Of a DNA stretch of 64,000 bases, positions 20,258 through 30,982 are shown piece after piece (the stretch's first letter is position 1; every line of letters starts with the position of its first letter). The stretch is from the NCBI RefSeq assembly GCF_051958935.1, contig NZ_JBQCFP010000197.1, positions 6,855-70,854 on the forward strand, written 5' to 3'. Origin of the DNA: Dokdonella sp. GTDB taxonomy: Bacteria; Pseudomonadota; Gammaproteobacteria; Xanthomonadales; Rhodanobacteraceae. A model generated the notes under the pieces. The model was not told the origin of the DNA. It saw only the letters and a list, made by a program, of their open reading frames with translations, and searched no databases. Made by a program: the position numbers and the translations under genes.

Positions 20258-21565
20258 TCAGATGCGATCGAACGGGTCGAAGAAGATCAGGTCACCCTGC
20301 AGCTCGACCGCACCGATGTCGCACAGCGCCGCGCCGTTGCCATCGAAGTCGACCGGGCGGTCGTTCAGCGACTGGTCGTCGTCCTCGCAGCCGGTCGCGC
20401 TGAAGAGCGGATGGCCATGATCGATCGCGATGCTGGACGGTGCCGGCCAGATCGTCCGCGTCGGCCCGCCATGGTCGGCGAGCGGCGTGAGCTGCGGATC
20501 GACGCCGACGCGGTTGGTTGCGCCGCCGGACAGGCCACAGGAATCGTCCGAGTCGAGGTTGTAGCGGTTCGTGTCGGTGTCGACCACGGCGGCGATCGAG
20601 CAGTCGGCGAGCGCGTTGCGTGCGATCATCGTGTTGTGCAGCAGCACGCTGCCGTCGTCCATCGCGAGCCCCACTTCGCTGTTGCCGGCGAGCGTCGTGC
20701 TCGACAGCTCGAGGTCGCCGCCGTCGACGTGGATCGCGGTGCCCGTGTTGCCCGAAAGCGTCGAGTTGGCGATGCGCACCTCGCCGCTGCCGGCGCCGAG
20801 CGGCTCGCTGTCGATCGCGTTCGCGGTCGGCGTGAACGTGCCCGCCGGCGCGTCGATCGCGGTGATCGGCACGCCGCTGTTGTCGTGGAACACGCTGTAG
20901 GCGACGTCGAGATTGCCGCGGTTGCGGATCGCGCTGCCGGACGGGGTCGCGCTGCTGTCGCCGCGGAAGATGTTGCTGCGAAAGGTCGATGCGCTCATGC
21001 GCGTGTCGCTGCCGCTGTTGTAGAGGCCGCCGCCGAGTTCGGCGGTGTTGTTCCTGACCTGCATGAGGACGAGGTTGACGGTGCCCGCGCCGGAGCGCAC
21101 CAGCAGGCCGCCACCCGAGGTCGCCGCCGCGCTCGTCGCCACGCCGCCGACGATGTCGAAGCCGAGCAGGGTGACGTTGCCCGAGATCACGTCGAACACC
21201 CGGTCGATGCCGTGCGCATGGACGACCGGCCGCTCGCCCGAGGCGAAGAAGCGGATCGGGAGGTCGTCGTTGATGTCCAGGTCGCCGACCGCGGCGGTGT
21301 CGTCGCCCCGGCCCTCGCGATCGAGGTCGTAATGGAAGCCCGCGAGCAGGTCGACCGTATCGGCGCCGGCGAACGCGTTCGCCTCCATGATCGCCGCTCG
21401 AAGCGTGCATGGCACCGCGCCGGGCTGAGGGAACACATTGCAGAAGCCGTTGCCCGGGATGAGGTCGGGCAGGTCCGCTTCCTGGTTGGCGGTGAAAGTC
21501 GCGGCCTGCGCGGCCACGCAGGCGGTAAAGAGGGCGGCGGCGGCGATCGGCGGGTAGACGTGCAT
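20258..21565 (-). CDS. Secreted right-handed beta-helix protein (CSLREA-type N-terminus, choice-of-anchor-Q-like)
   Basis: It starts at internal Met 41 of track ORF 20258..21685 (MHVYPPIAAAALFTACVAAQA is the signal peptide). It has the CTLRAAIMEAN motif, repetitive N/G/S-rich beta-helix turns and a C-terminal CDIGAVE. Confidence 0.75.
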   Translation of the reverse strand: MHVYPPIAAAALFTACVAAQAATFTANQEADLPDLIPGNGFCNVFPQPGAVPCTLRAAIMEANAFAGADTVDLLAGFHYDLDREGRGDDTAAVGDLDINDDLPIRFFASGERPVVHAHGIDRVFDVISGNVTLLGFDIVGGVATSAAATSGGGLLVRSGAGTVNLVLMQVRNNTAELGGGLYNSGSDTRMSASTFRSNIFRGDSSATPSGSAIRNRGNLDVAYSVFHDNSGVPITAIDAPAGTFTPTANAIDSEPLGAGSGEVRIANSTLSGNTGTAIHVDGGDLELSSTTLAGNSEVGLAMDDGSVLLHNTMIARNALADCSIAAVVDTDTNRYNLDSDDSCGLSGGATNRVGVDPQLTPLADHGGPTRTIWPAPSSIAIDHGHPLFSATGCEDDDQSLNDRPVDFDGNGAALCDIGAVELQGDLIFFDPFDRI

Positions 21566-21639
21566 GGCGGATGCTCCTCGGTGGGCATCCGGTACTACGC
21601 AAATGGATGGCGCAAACGCCATCCACGTATCATTCGCGC

Positions 21640-22320
21640 ATGAACGACACCCCTGCCGCCGCTCCGGCGTTTCCTCCCGAATCATCCAGCCTGCTGCTGG
21701 CGGGCCCCGCCGGCGCGATCGAGCTCGCCTGCGCGCTGCCGATCGCGGCGCCGCCGCGGCGCGGGATCGCGATCATCGCGCACCCGCATCCGCTTCAGGG
21801 CGGCACGATGCACAACAAGGTGGTCACGATCACCGAGCGCGCGCTGCTCGAACTCGGCCTCGCGACCGTGCGCTTCAATTTCCGCGGCGTCGGGCGCAGC
21901 GAAGGCGTGCACGACGAAGGCCATGGCGAAACCGACGACCTGGTCGCGATCGCGCAGTGGCTGCGCGCGCAGCGCCCGGGCGATGCGCTCTGGCTCGCCG
22001 GCTTTTCGTTCGGCAGCTATGTCACCTTGCGCGCGGCGGCGCGGCTCGATGCCGCGCAGCTGGTCCTGATCGCGCCGCCGGTCGGGCGCTGGGATTTCTC
22101 GATGGTCGGCGAGGCGACCTGTCCGTGGCTGATCGTGCAGGGTGAGGACGACGAAGTCGTCGACGCGCGCGCGGTGTTCGCCTGGGCGCAAGGCCTGCAG
22201 CCGCCGCCGCAGCTCATCCGCATGCCGGAGACCGGCCATTTCTTCCACCGCCGCCTGATGGACTTGCGAGGCGCGCTGAAGAACGCGCTCGCCGCGAACC
22301 TGCCGCCCGCGCGCGCATGA
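21640..22320 (+). CDS. Alpha/beta hydrolase fold protein
   Basis: It starts at internal Met 24 of track ORF 21571..22320 (MNDTPAAAP...). It has HPHPLQGGTMHNKV and the nucleophile elbow GFSFG. Confidence 0.8.
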   Translation: MNDTPAAAPAFPPESSSLLLAGPAGAIELACALPIAAPPRRGIAIIAHPHPLQGGTMHNKVVTITERALLELGLATVRFNFRGVGRSEGVHDEGHGETDDLVAIAQWLRAQRPGDALWLAGFSFGSYVTLRAAARLDAAQLVLIAPPVGRWDFSMVGEATCPWLIVQGEDDEVVDARAVFAWAQGLQPPPQLIRMPETGHFFHRRLMDLRGALKNALAANLPPARA

Positions 22321-23426
22321 GCGCAGCCGCGACCGATGCCGGTGCCGACGCGCCGGGCGCGCGTTACCGCCGCGGCGTCGACGCGGGCGACTGGCAGGCC
22401 GATCCCGCGCAGCTCGCGGTGCTGCCGGCATTCGATCGCCTCGCCGGCGAGCTCGCGCGACCCGCCGGGCGCTCGCTCTGGCAGCGCCTGCGCGGCGAGC
22501 GGCCGCCGGCGCCGCGCGGCATCTACCTGTGGGGCCGCGTCGGCCGCGGCAAGACGTTCCTGACGGAACTGTTCTGCTCCGCGCTGCCGACCACGCGCAA
22601 GCGGCGCGTGCATTTCCATCGTTTCATGCAGGACGTGCACGCCGAACTGCGCACGCTCGAGGGCCGCAGCGATCCGCTGGTCGAGGTCGCCGCGCGCCTC
22701 GCTGCCGGGCTCGACGTGCTCGTGCTCGACGAGTTCTTCGTCGGCGACATCGGCGACGCGATGATCCTCGGCAATCTGCTGCGCGCATTGTTCGAGCGCG
22801 GCGTCGTGCTCGTCACCACCTCGAACACACCGCCGCAAGGGCTCTACAGGGACGGCCTGCAGCGCGAGCGATTCCTGCCCGCGATCGCCCTGCTCGAGCG
22901 GCAGTGCGAGGTGATCGAACTCGTCTCGCCGACCGACTGGCGGCTGCGCGCTCTCAAGCAGGCACCGGTCTACTACACGCCGCCCGGCGCGCCCGCCGAA
23001 CGCGCGCTGCAGTCGGCGTTCCAGCGCGTCGCGCGCGGCGAGGTGCGGCGCGACTTCGAACTCGTGCTCAACGACCGCGCGGTGCCGGTGCGCGCGGAAG
23101 CGGACGGCGCGATCTGGTTCGAGTTCGCCGTGTTGTGCGAGGGACCGCGCGGCGTTGCCGACTACATCGAGCTCGCGCGCGCCTACCACACGCTGCTCGT
23201 CTCCAATGTCCCGCAGTTCACGCCGCAGACCGACGATGCCGCACGCCGATTCATCGAGCTCGTCGACGAGGTGTACGATCGCGGCGTCAATCTCGTGTTG
23301 TCCGCGGCGGCGCCGATCGTCGACCTCTACGACGGCGAGCGCCTGCGCGCCGAGTTCGCGCGCACCGAGTCGCGCCTGATCGAGATGCAGAGCGAGGACT
23401 ACCTCGCGCGGGAGCACCAACCATGA
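22317..23426 (+). CDS. zapE: Cell division protein ZapE (AFG1-like ATPase)
   Basis: Full track ORF. It has the Walker A motif [10 protein letters not shown], the Walker B motif VLVLDEFFV, and TSNTPP. Confidence 0.9.
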   Translation: MSAAATDAGADAPGARYRRGVDAGDWQADPAQLAVLPAFDRLAGELARPAGRSLWQRLRGERPPAPRGIYLWGRVGRGKTFLTELFCSALPTTRKRRVHFHRFMQDVHAELRTLEGRSDPLVEVAARLAAGLDVLVLDEFFVGDIGDAMILGNLLRALFERGVVLVTTSNTPPQGLYRDGLQRERFLPAIALLERQCEVIELVSPTDWRLRALKQAPVYYTPPGAPAERALQSAFQRVARGEVRRDFELVLNDRAVPVRAEADGAIWFEFAVLCEGPRGVADYIELARAYHTLLVSNVPQFTPQTDDAARRFIELVDEVYDRGVNLVLSAAAPIVDLYDGERLRAEFARTESRLIEMQSEDYLAREHQP

Positions 23427-24913
23427 CGACGTCGCCACGTTTGCGCGTCCTGCTCGTGGCAATCGCGATCGTGCTGTACGCGTGCCTGCTGCAGGGCGTG
23501 CGCCCGCTCTATTCGCCCGACGAAGGGCGCTACACCGATGTCGCACTGATGATGCTCGAGGACGGCGACTGGCTGCACCCGATGTTGCATCCGGAAGTGC
23601 CGCACTGGTCGAAGCCGCCGCTGACCTACTGGAGCATCGCCGCGAGCGTCGCCACGTTCGGCCACTCCGAGTTCGCCGCGCGCCTCCCCGGCGCGTTCGC
23701 CTTCGCAGCGACGATCCTGCTCCTCGGCCGCCTCGGCCGGCGTTTCGTGCCGGATCAGCCGTGGTTGCCGGCGCTCGTCTACGCGACGTTCGCATTCCCG
23801 CCGGCGGCATCCAACCTCGTCACCACCGACAGCCTGCTCGCGCTGTGGGAAACGCTTTGCGTCGTCGCATTCGTCGAGCTCTGGTGGGCCACGGATGCGC
23901 GCGCTGCACGCCGCGCACGGCTGCTGCTCGGCCTCGCGCTCGCGCTCGCGTTCCTCACCAAGGGGCCGCCCGGCCTGCTCGCGTTCGCCGCCTGCGTTGG
24001 GTTCGCGGCGTGGAGCGAAGGCACGCGCGGCGTCCGGCGCGCGTTCGGCTGGGACGCGTTGCTCGTGTTCCTCGTCGTCGGTGGCGGCTGGTATGCGATC
24101 GTCGCATGGCAGGAGCCGGGCGTGATGCGCTATTTCCTCGTCGAGGAAGTCGTCAACCGCGTCGCGAGCGACAGGATGCATCGCAACGCGGAATGGTACG
24201 GCGCGTTCAAGGTGTACCTGCCGACCCTGCTGCTCGGCACGCTGCCCTGGTTGCCGCTGCTGCTGCGCGCGGGGTGGCGGAGCCGCAGCGACCTGGTCGC
24301 GCGCCTCCGCGCCGACGAGGCATCCCGCCTGCTCGCATGCTGGCTGCTGCTTCCGCTCGCGGTGTTCATGCTCGCGCGCTCACGCCTGCCGTTGTACGTG
24401 CTGCCGCTGTTCGCGCCGCTCGCGCTCGTCGTCGCGCGCGAACTCGCGCCGTGGACGCCGCGAAGCCGGGTCGTCGTATTGCTCGGCGCGTGGTGCGTCG
24501 CGATGGTGGCCCTGCGCGCGCTGCCGGCGCGGCTCGATGTCGATGCGGACGACCGCGCACTCGCGCAGGCGATCGATCGCGAGCTGTCGCCGCGGCCGGC
24601 CGAAGTCGCGTTCGTCGTGGACGCACCGCGCTTCGGCCTGCGTTTCTACCTCGGCAGCGAAAACGCACGACTCGACCTGCCGGACGAGCCGCCGCAGGCG
24701 CAGGCCCAGGACCTGCCGAGCGAACTGCTGGAGCGCGAAGGTTGCCGTCTGCTGCTGGTGCGGCCCGCGCGCCGCGTCGAACTCGAGCGCGCGCTCGCCG
24801 CCTACGGCGTCACCTGGCGCCGCATCGCCGACGTGCGTGGTTACGCCGCATTGGCCGAGCTCGGCGACGACTGCGCGTGGCGCGCCGACGCGCGCGCTAT
24901 GCTGCCGCCATGA
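23423..24913 (+). CDS. Glycosyltransferase family 39 (ArnT/PMT-like undecaprenyl-phosphate-sugar transferase)
   Basis: It starts at the internal Met of track ORF 22529..24913 ([17 protein letters not shown]...). It has [12 protein letters not shown] near the N-terminus and is a polytopic membrane protein. It has ATGA overlaps with zapE and queF. Confidence 0.8.
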   Translation: MTTSPRLRVLLVAIAIVLYACLLQGVRPLYSPDEGRYTDVALMMLEDGDWLHPMLHPEVPHWSKPPLTYWSIAASVATFGHSEFAARLPGAFAFAATILLLGRLGRRFVPDQPWLPALVYATFAFPPAASNLVTTDSLLALWETLCVVAFVELWWATDARAARRARLLLGLALALAFLTKGPPGLLAFAACVGFAAWSEGTRGVRRAFGWDALLVFLVVGGGWYAIVAWQEPGVMRYFLVEEVVNRVASDRMHRNAEWYGAFKVYLPTLLLGTLPWLPLLLRAGWRSRSDLVARLRADEASRLLACWLLLPLAVFMLARSRLPLYVLPLFAPLALVVARELAPWTPRSRVVVLLGAWCVAMVALRALPARLDVDADDRALAQAIDRELSPRPAEVAFVVDAPRFGLRFYLGSENARLDLPDEPPQAQAQDLPSELLEREGCRLLLVRPARRVELERALAAYGVTWRRIADVRGYAALAELGDDCAWRADARAMLPP

Positions 24914-25734
24914 CCACTGCCGACACCCACGGACCGCTCGGCCGCAGCGTCGCTTACGCGAGCCGCTACGACCCCGGCCTGCTGTTTCCGATCGCGCGTT
25001 CGATCGGCCGCGCCGAGCTCGGCCTCGATGCATCACTGCCGTTCGTCGGCGTCGATGTCTGGAACGCGTACGAACTGTCCTGGCTCGACGCGCGCGGCAA
25101 GCCCGAAGTCGCGCTGGCCGAGTTCCGCGTGCCGGCGACGTCGCCCGCGATCATCGAATCGAAGTCGTTCAAGCTCTACCTCAACAGCTACAACCAGGAA
25201 CGGCTCGCTTCGATCGACGCACTGCGCGGGCACCTCGTGCATGATCTATCCGCCGCGGCGGGTGCGCCGGTCGAGGTGCTGCTGCTGCCGCCGTCGCGCT
25301 TCGCCTCGCTCGCGTTGCGCGAACTCGACGGCGAGTCGATCGATGCCGTCGCGATCGACGTCGATGACTACGGGCCGCCGAACGACGCCTACCTGCACGC
25401 GGGCGGCGCGCCGGTCGCCGAGTCGCTCGTGTCGAACCTCCTGAAGTCCAATTGCCCGGTCACCGGGCAACCCGACTGGGCGAGCGTGCAGATCCGCTAT
25501 CGCGGGCCGCGCATCGACCGCGAAGGGCTGCTGCGTTATCTCGTTTCCTTCCGCGAGCACGCGGGCTTCCACGAGCAGTGCGTCGAGCGCATCTTCGTCG
25601 ACATCAGCCGCCGTTGCGCACCCGACGCGCTCGAGGTCCATGCACGCTATACGCGCCGCGGTGGCCTCGACATCAATCCGTCGCGAGCGAGCAGCGGCGC
25701 CGACGTGGGCAATCCGCGTGGCGCGCGCCAGTAG
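24910..25734 (+). CDS. queF: NADPH-dependent 7-cyano-7-deazaguanine (preQ0) reductase, two-domain type
   Basis: It is the tail of track ORF 23482..25734 ([22 protein letters not shown]...). It has [23 protein letters not shown] and the FHEQC motifs. Confidence 0.92.
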   Translation: MTTADTHGPLGRSVAYASRYDPGLLFPIARSIGRAELGLDASLPFVGVDVWNAYELSWLDARGKPEVALAEFRVPATSPAIIESKSFKLYLNSYNQERLASIDALRGHLVHDLSAAAGAPVEVLLLPPSRFASLALRELDGESIDAVAIDVDDYGPPNDAYLHAGGAPVAESLVSNLLKSNCPVTGQPDWASVQIRYRGPRIDREGLLRYLVSFREHAGFHEQCVERIFVDISRRCAPDALEVHARYTRRGGLDINPSRASSGADVGNPRGARQ

Positions 25735-25837
25735 CGCGCGATGCAATTCGTAACGTCGTCGCGTCACCGGTACTCATTCGCGGTTAAGCGCGATGGGGTG
25801 TAATGTGCGGGTCCTGCAACGGAGAGGAGAGCGGACG

Positions 25838-26149
25838 ATGGCCAACGAGCCGAAGAAGCCGGATTTTTCCAACGTGCAGGGCGGCAGCCAGTCGTCCGCG
25901 CCGCCGCCGGCACCGAAAGCGGACTTCAGCAACGTGCAATCCGGCGTGGAATCGACCGCGCCCACGGCGAAGTCCGGCGCGCAGACCTACACGGTCGTCA
26001 AGGGCGACAGCCTGTCGAAGATCGCCAAGCATTTCTACGGCAGCGCGAATCGCTGGAAGCGTATCTTCGAGGCGAATCGCGACCAGCTCGACGATCCGGA
26101 CCTGATCAAGCCCGGTCAGGTGCTCAAGATTCCCACCGACAACGATTGA
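25838..26149 (+). CDS. LysM peptidoglycan-binding domain protein
   Basis: It starts at internal Met 16 of track ORF 25793..26149, with GGAGAGGAG upstream. The C-terminal LysM domain is YTVVKGDSLSKIAKHFYG...LIKPGQVLKIP. The N-terminus carries a tandem DFSNVQ repeat. Confidence 0.85.
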   Translation: MANEPKKPDFSNVQGGSQSSAPPPAPKADFSNVQSGVESTAPTAKSGAQTYTVVKGDSLSKIAKHFYGSANRWKRIFEANRDQLDDPDLIKPGQVLKIPTDND

Positions 26150-26175
26150 ACGCCCGACATCCTGGAGGAACGACG

Positions 26176-26673
26176 ATGATCAAGCCACGCAGCCAGCTCA
26201 CCCTGATCGCCGCGATCGCCGGCGCGTTCGCGCTGTCCGCCTGCGGCAAGAAGGAAGAACCCGCTCCGGCCCCGGCACCGCCGCCGGCCGCTTCCACTCC
26301 GGCTCCGGCGCCCGCGCCGCCGCCGGTCGCCGAGCCCGCACCCGCACCGGTCGCGGTCGCTTCGGTCGACCTCGGTACCGCGGTCGGCCCGGACCAGAAG
26401 GTGACGACGCCGACGACGACGTTCTCGCCGAAGGACACGATCTACGCGGCCGTCTCCACGACGGGCACGGCGCCGAATGCGGTGCTCAACGCGAAGTGGA
26501 CGTTCCAGGATGGCCAGACCGTCAACGAGTCGAGCCAGACGATCGCACCGAACGGCCCGGCCGTGACGAGCTTCCATATCAGCAAGCCGGACGGTTGGCC
26601 GGCGGGCAACTACAAGGTCGAGATCTCGCTCAACGGCACGTCCGTCGCGACGAAGGACTTCTCGGTCAAGTAA
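26176..26673 (+). CDS. Lipoprotein of unknown function with a Pro/Ala-rich linker
   Basis: It starts at internal Met 11 of track ORF 26146..26673 (MIKPRSQLTLIAAIAGAFALSAC contains the lipobox). A PAPAP linker and a beta-rich domain follow. Confidence 0.8.
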   Translation: MIKPRSQLTLIAAIAGAFALSACGKKEEPAPAPAPPPAASTPAPAPAPPPVAEPAPAPVAVASVDLGTAVGPDQKVTTPTTTFSPKDTIYAAVSTTGTAPNAVLNAKWTFQDGQTVNESSQTIAPNGPAVTSFHISKPDGWPAGNYKVEISLNGTSVATKDFSVK

Positions 26674-26732
26674 GCGCAGGATGCGCTTATCCCGTGCAGC
26701 ACAGATGTGCGCTGGCACGGGAGCCAGAGTCG

Positions 26733-26769
26733 AAAAAGGGCGCGAGCCATCGCGCCCTTTTTCTTTTTC
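26733..26769 (+). terminator. Rho-independent terminator (A-tract upstream, so potentially bidirectional)
   Basis: AAGGGCGCGA (26736-26745), a GCCA loop and TCGCGCCCTT (26750-26759) are followed by TTTCTTTTTC. Confidence 0.85.
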
Positions 26770-26810
26770 ACCGGCAATGTCCGGTGCCCGTGCGTACGCG
26801 CAACATGTCG

Positions 26811-26837
26811 GCGTCATTCCCGCGAAGGCGGGTATCC
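26811..26837. repeat. Solitary REP-type hairpin GCGTCATTCCCGCGAAGGCGGGTATCC
   Basis: It belongs to the same family as the cluster at 30534-30824 (GTCAT-TCCCGCG-N3/4-GCGGGA core). Confidence 0.7.
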
Positions 26838-26961
26838 GTTTTCGCTGTGGAGGACGCGCAAGAGCACATGGAGTACCGCTTTCGCGGAATGTCAGGGTAG
26901 CCCGCCCGGGCGTATCAAGGCGCATCCGCGGCTTCGCGGCCGATCCAGCCTACTTGCAGCG

Positions 26962-27906
26962 TCAGCTGCCGAACTCATGCTCCGGCGAAGCAAAACCGAT
27001 CGTGACCGCGCCGGTGCCGACGTTGACCATGCCGGTCACGCTCATCGGCGCCTCGTACACCTCGACGCCGTGCTCGGCGCAGGTCTGCTTGAGCGACGCG
27101 TAGCCGGGCAGGGTGTCGAGTTCGTCGAGCTTGCCGCCGTAGCTCACGCATACCGTCGGCGTGAGCAGCCCCGCGCGCACGCGCCTGGCGATGTAGGCGA
27201 ACAGCGTCTCGGCGCCGTGGTCGAAACCACGCACCTTCGCCACCGGAGCAGTCGTGTTGCGGTAGCCGCGCAGCAGCGGCTTGATGTCGAGCGCGGTGCC
27301 GAGCGCGGCGCTGAACCAGCCGACGCTGCGATCGCCCTTTTTCTGCGCGCGGGCGCGCATGTAGTAGAGGTCGCGCACGATCATGTAGCCGAACGTGTTG
27401 TGCGCGATGTACTCGAGGCGCTCGCGCATCTGGCCCGGATTCATGCCGCTTTCGCGCAGGCGCACGGCTTCGACCGCGGTCACGCCGGTCGCGGCGAACA
27501 GGTTCTCCGAGTCGATCACGCGCATGAGGAACGGGCCGGGCACGCCGGCGTCGCGGCGGATCGGCCGGTAGTCGGTGAGGATCGCGAAGCTCGCCTTGCT
27601 CGCATTGGCGTGGATGCCGCTGCGTGAGGAAGCGATCGTGATGCAGAACACGCAGTCGTAGTCGACGACGAGGCGGCGCAGGAACAGGTCGCGGATCTCC
27701 TCGACGCCGAACGGCTCGGTCTCCGCCGCGTGCGCGCGCGTGCCGAGATCCTCGTCGAGGAAGCGCTGGCGCACCGCCGGGTCGCGATCGTCGACGAGGG
27801 TCGCCTCGTCGATGCGCGTGGTGATCGGTAGGATCGTGAAGCCGTGCCGGTGCAGGTAGTCGCCGGGCAGGTCGCAGGCCGAGTCCACCACGAAGCCGAT
27901 GCGCAT
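26962..27906 (-). CDS. DegV family (fatty-acid binding) protein
   Basis: Full track ORF. It begins MRIGFVVDSACDLP..., and its length and pattern are typical of DegV/DUF194. Confidence 0.8.
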   Translation of the reverse strand: MRIGFVVDSACDLPGDYLHRHGFTILPITTRIDEATLVDDRDPAVRQRFLDEDLGTRAHAAETEPFGVEEIRDLFLRRLVVDYDCVFCITIASSRSGIHANASKASFAILTDYRPIRRDAGVPGPFLMRVIDSENLFAATGVTAVEAVRLRESGMNPGQMRERLEYIAHNTFGYMIVRDLYYMRARAQKKGDRSVGWFSAALGTALDIKPLLRGYRNTTAPVAKVRGFDHGAETLFAYIARRVRAGLLTPTVCVSYGGKLDELDTLPGYASLKQTCAEHGVEVYEAPMSVTGMVNVGTGAVTIGFASPEHEFGS

Positions 27907-27987
27907 AGCAGGTCCTCCACGGCATTGCCGTGCGCCCTATCGCCGATCGACCGATCGGCGGCGCGCGGAGCCGCGCTCCAAACTTAG

Positions 27988-30474
<2,487 letters not shown>

Positions 30475-30533
30475 ACCACGCGCCCCGGAGCCATGGCTGC
30501 GCAGGGCGCCAGCACTGCCGTGCTGCAGCCCCT

Positions 30534-30824
30534 GCGCGACGTCATTGCCGCGCAAACGGGGCATCCCCTCCGGTCCGGCGAAACAGCAGAATGGATGCCC
30601 GCTTTCGCGGGCATGACGTCGCTGGGACGGTTCGACGCTGCCGCGCAACGAGCGGCGCGTGTCACGGCTCCCGCGTCATTCCGAATCCGCGTGGCGGCAA
30701 GGCATGCGTTCCGGCGGGCACCCGTGCTGCGGCCTCGCGCGACGTCATTCCCGCGCATGCGGGAACCGCCTTTTCGGTCCGCCGGGAAGGGCGAGACGCA
30801 TGCGCGCATTCGCGGGGCATGAGA
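30534..30824. repeat. Cluster of about five REP-type palindromic units in both orientations
   Basis: The units are CGCGACGTCATTGCCGCGCAAACGGGGCATCC (30534), its inverted relative GGATGCCCGCTTTCGCGGGCATGACGTCGC (30592), a partial CGCGTCATTCCGAATCCGCG (30671), CGCGACGTCATTCCCGCGCATGCGGGAACC (30737) and an inverted GCGCATTCGCGGGGCATGAGAC (30803). Confidence 0.75.
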
Positions 30825-30982
30825 CCGGACGAACATCCGAGCGCAGCAGGAGGGCAGGCGCCCATGCCGTGCATCGACGTTGCCCATGCCCGTCCTTCAC
30901 CGCGCAGGCTCGAGTCGCGCCGTCGGCGCGACGCGATGGGCAATCGTGCGCCGGACGATCGAGCGCGCGGGAATGCCCGCCG

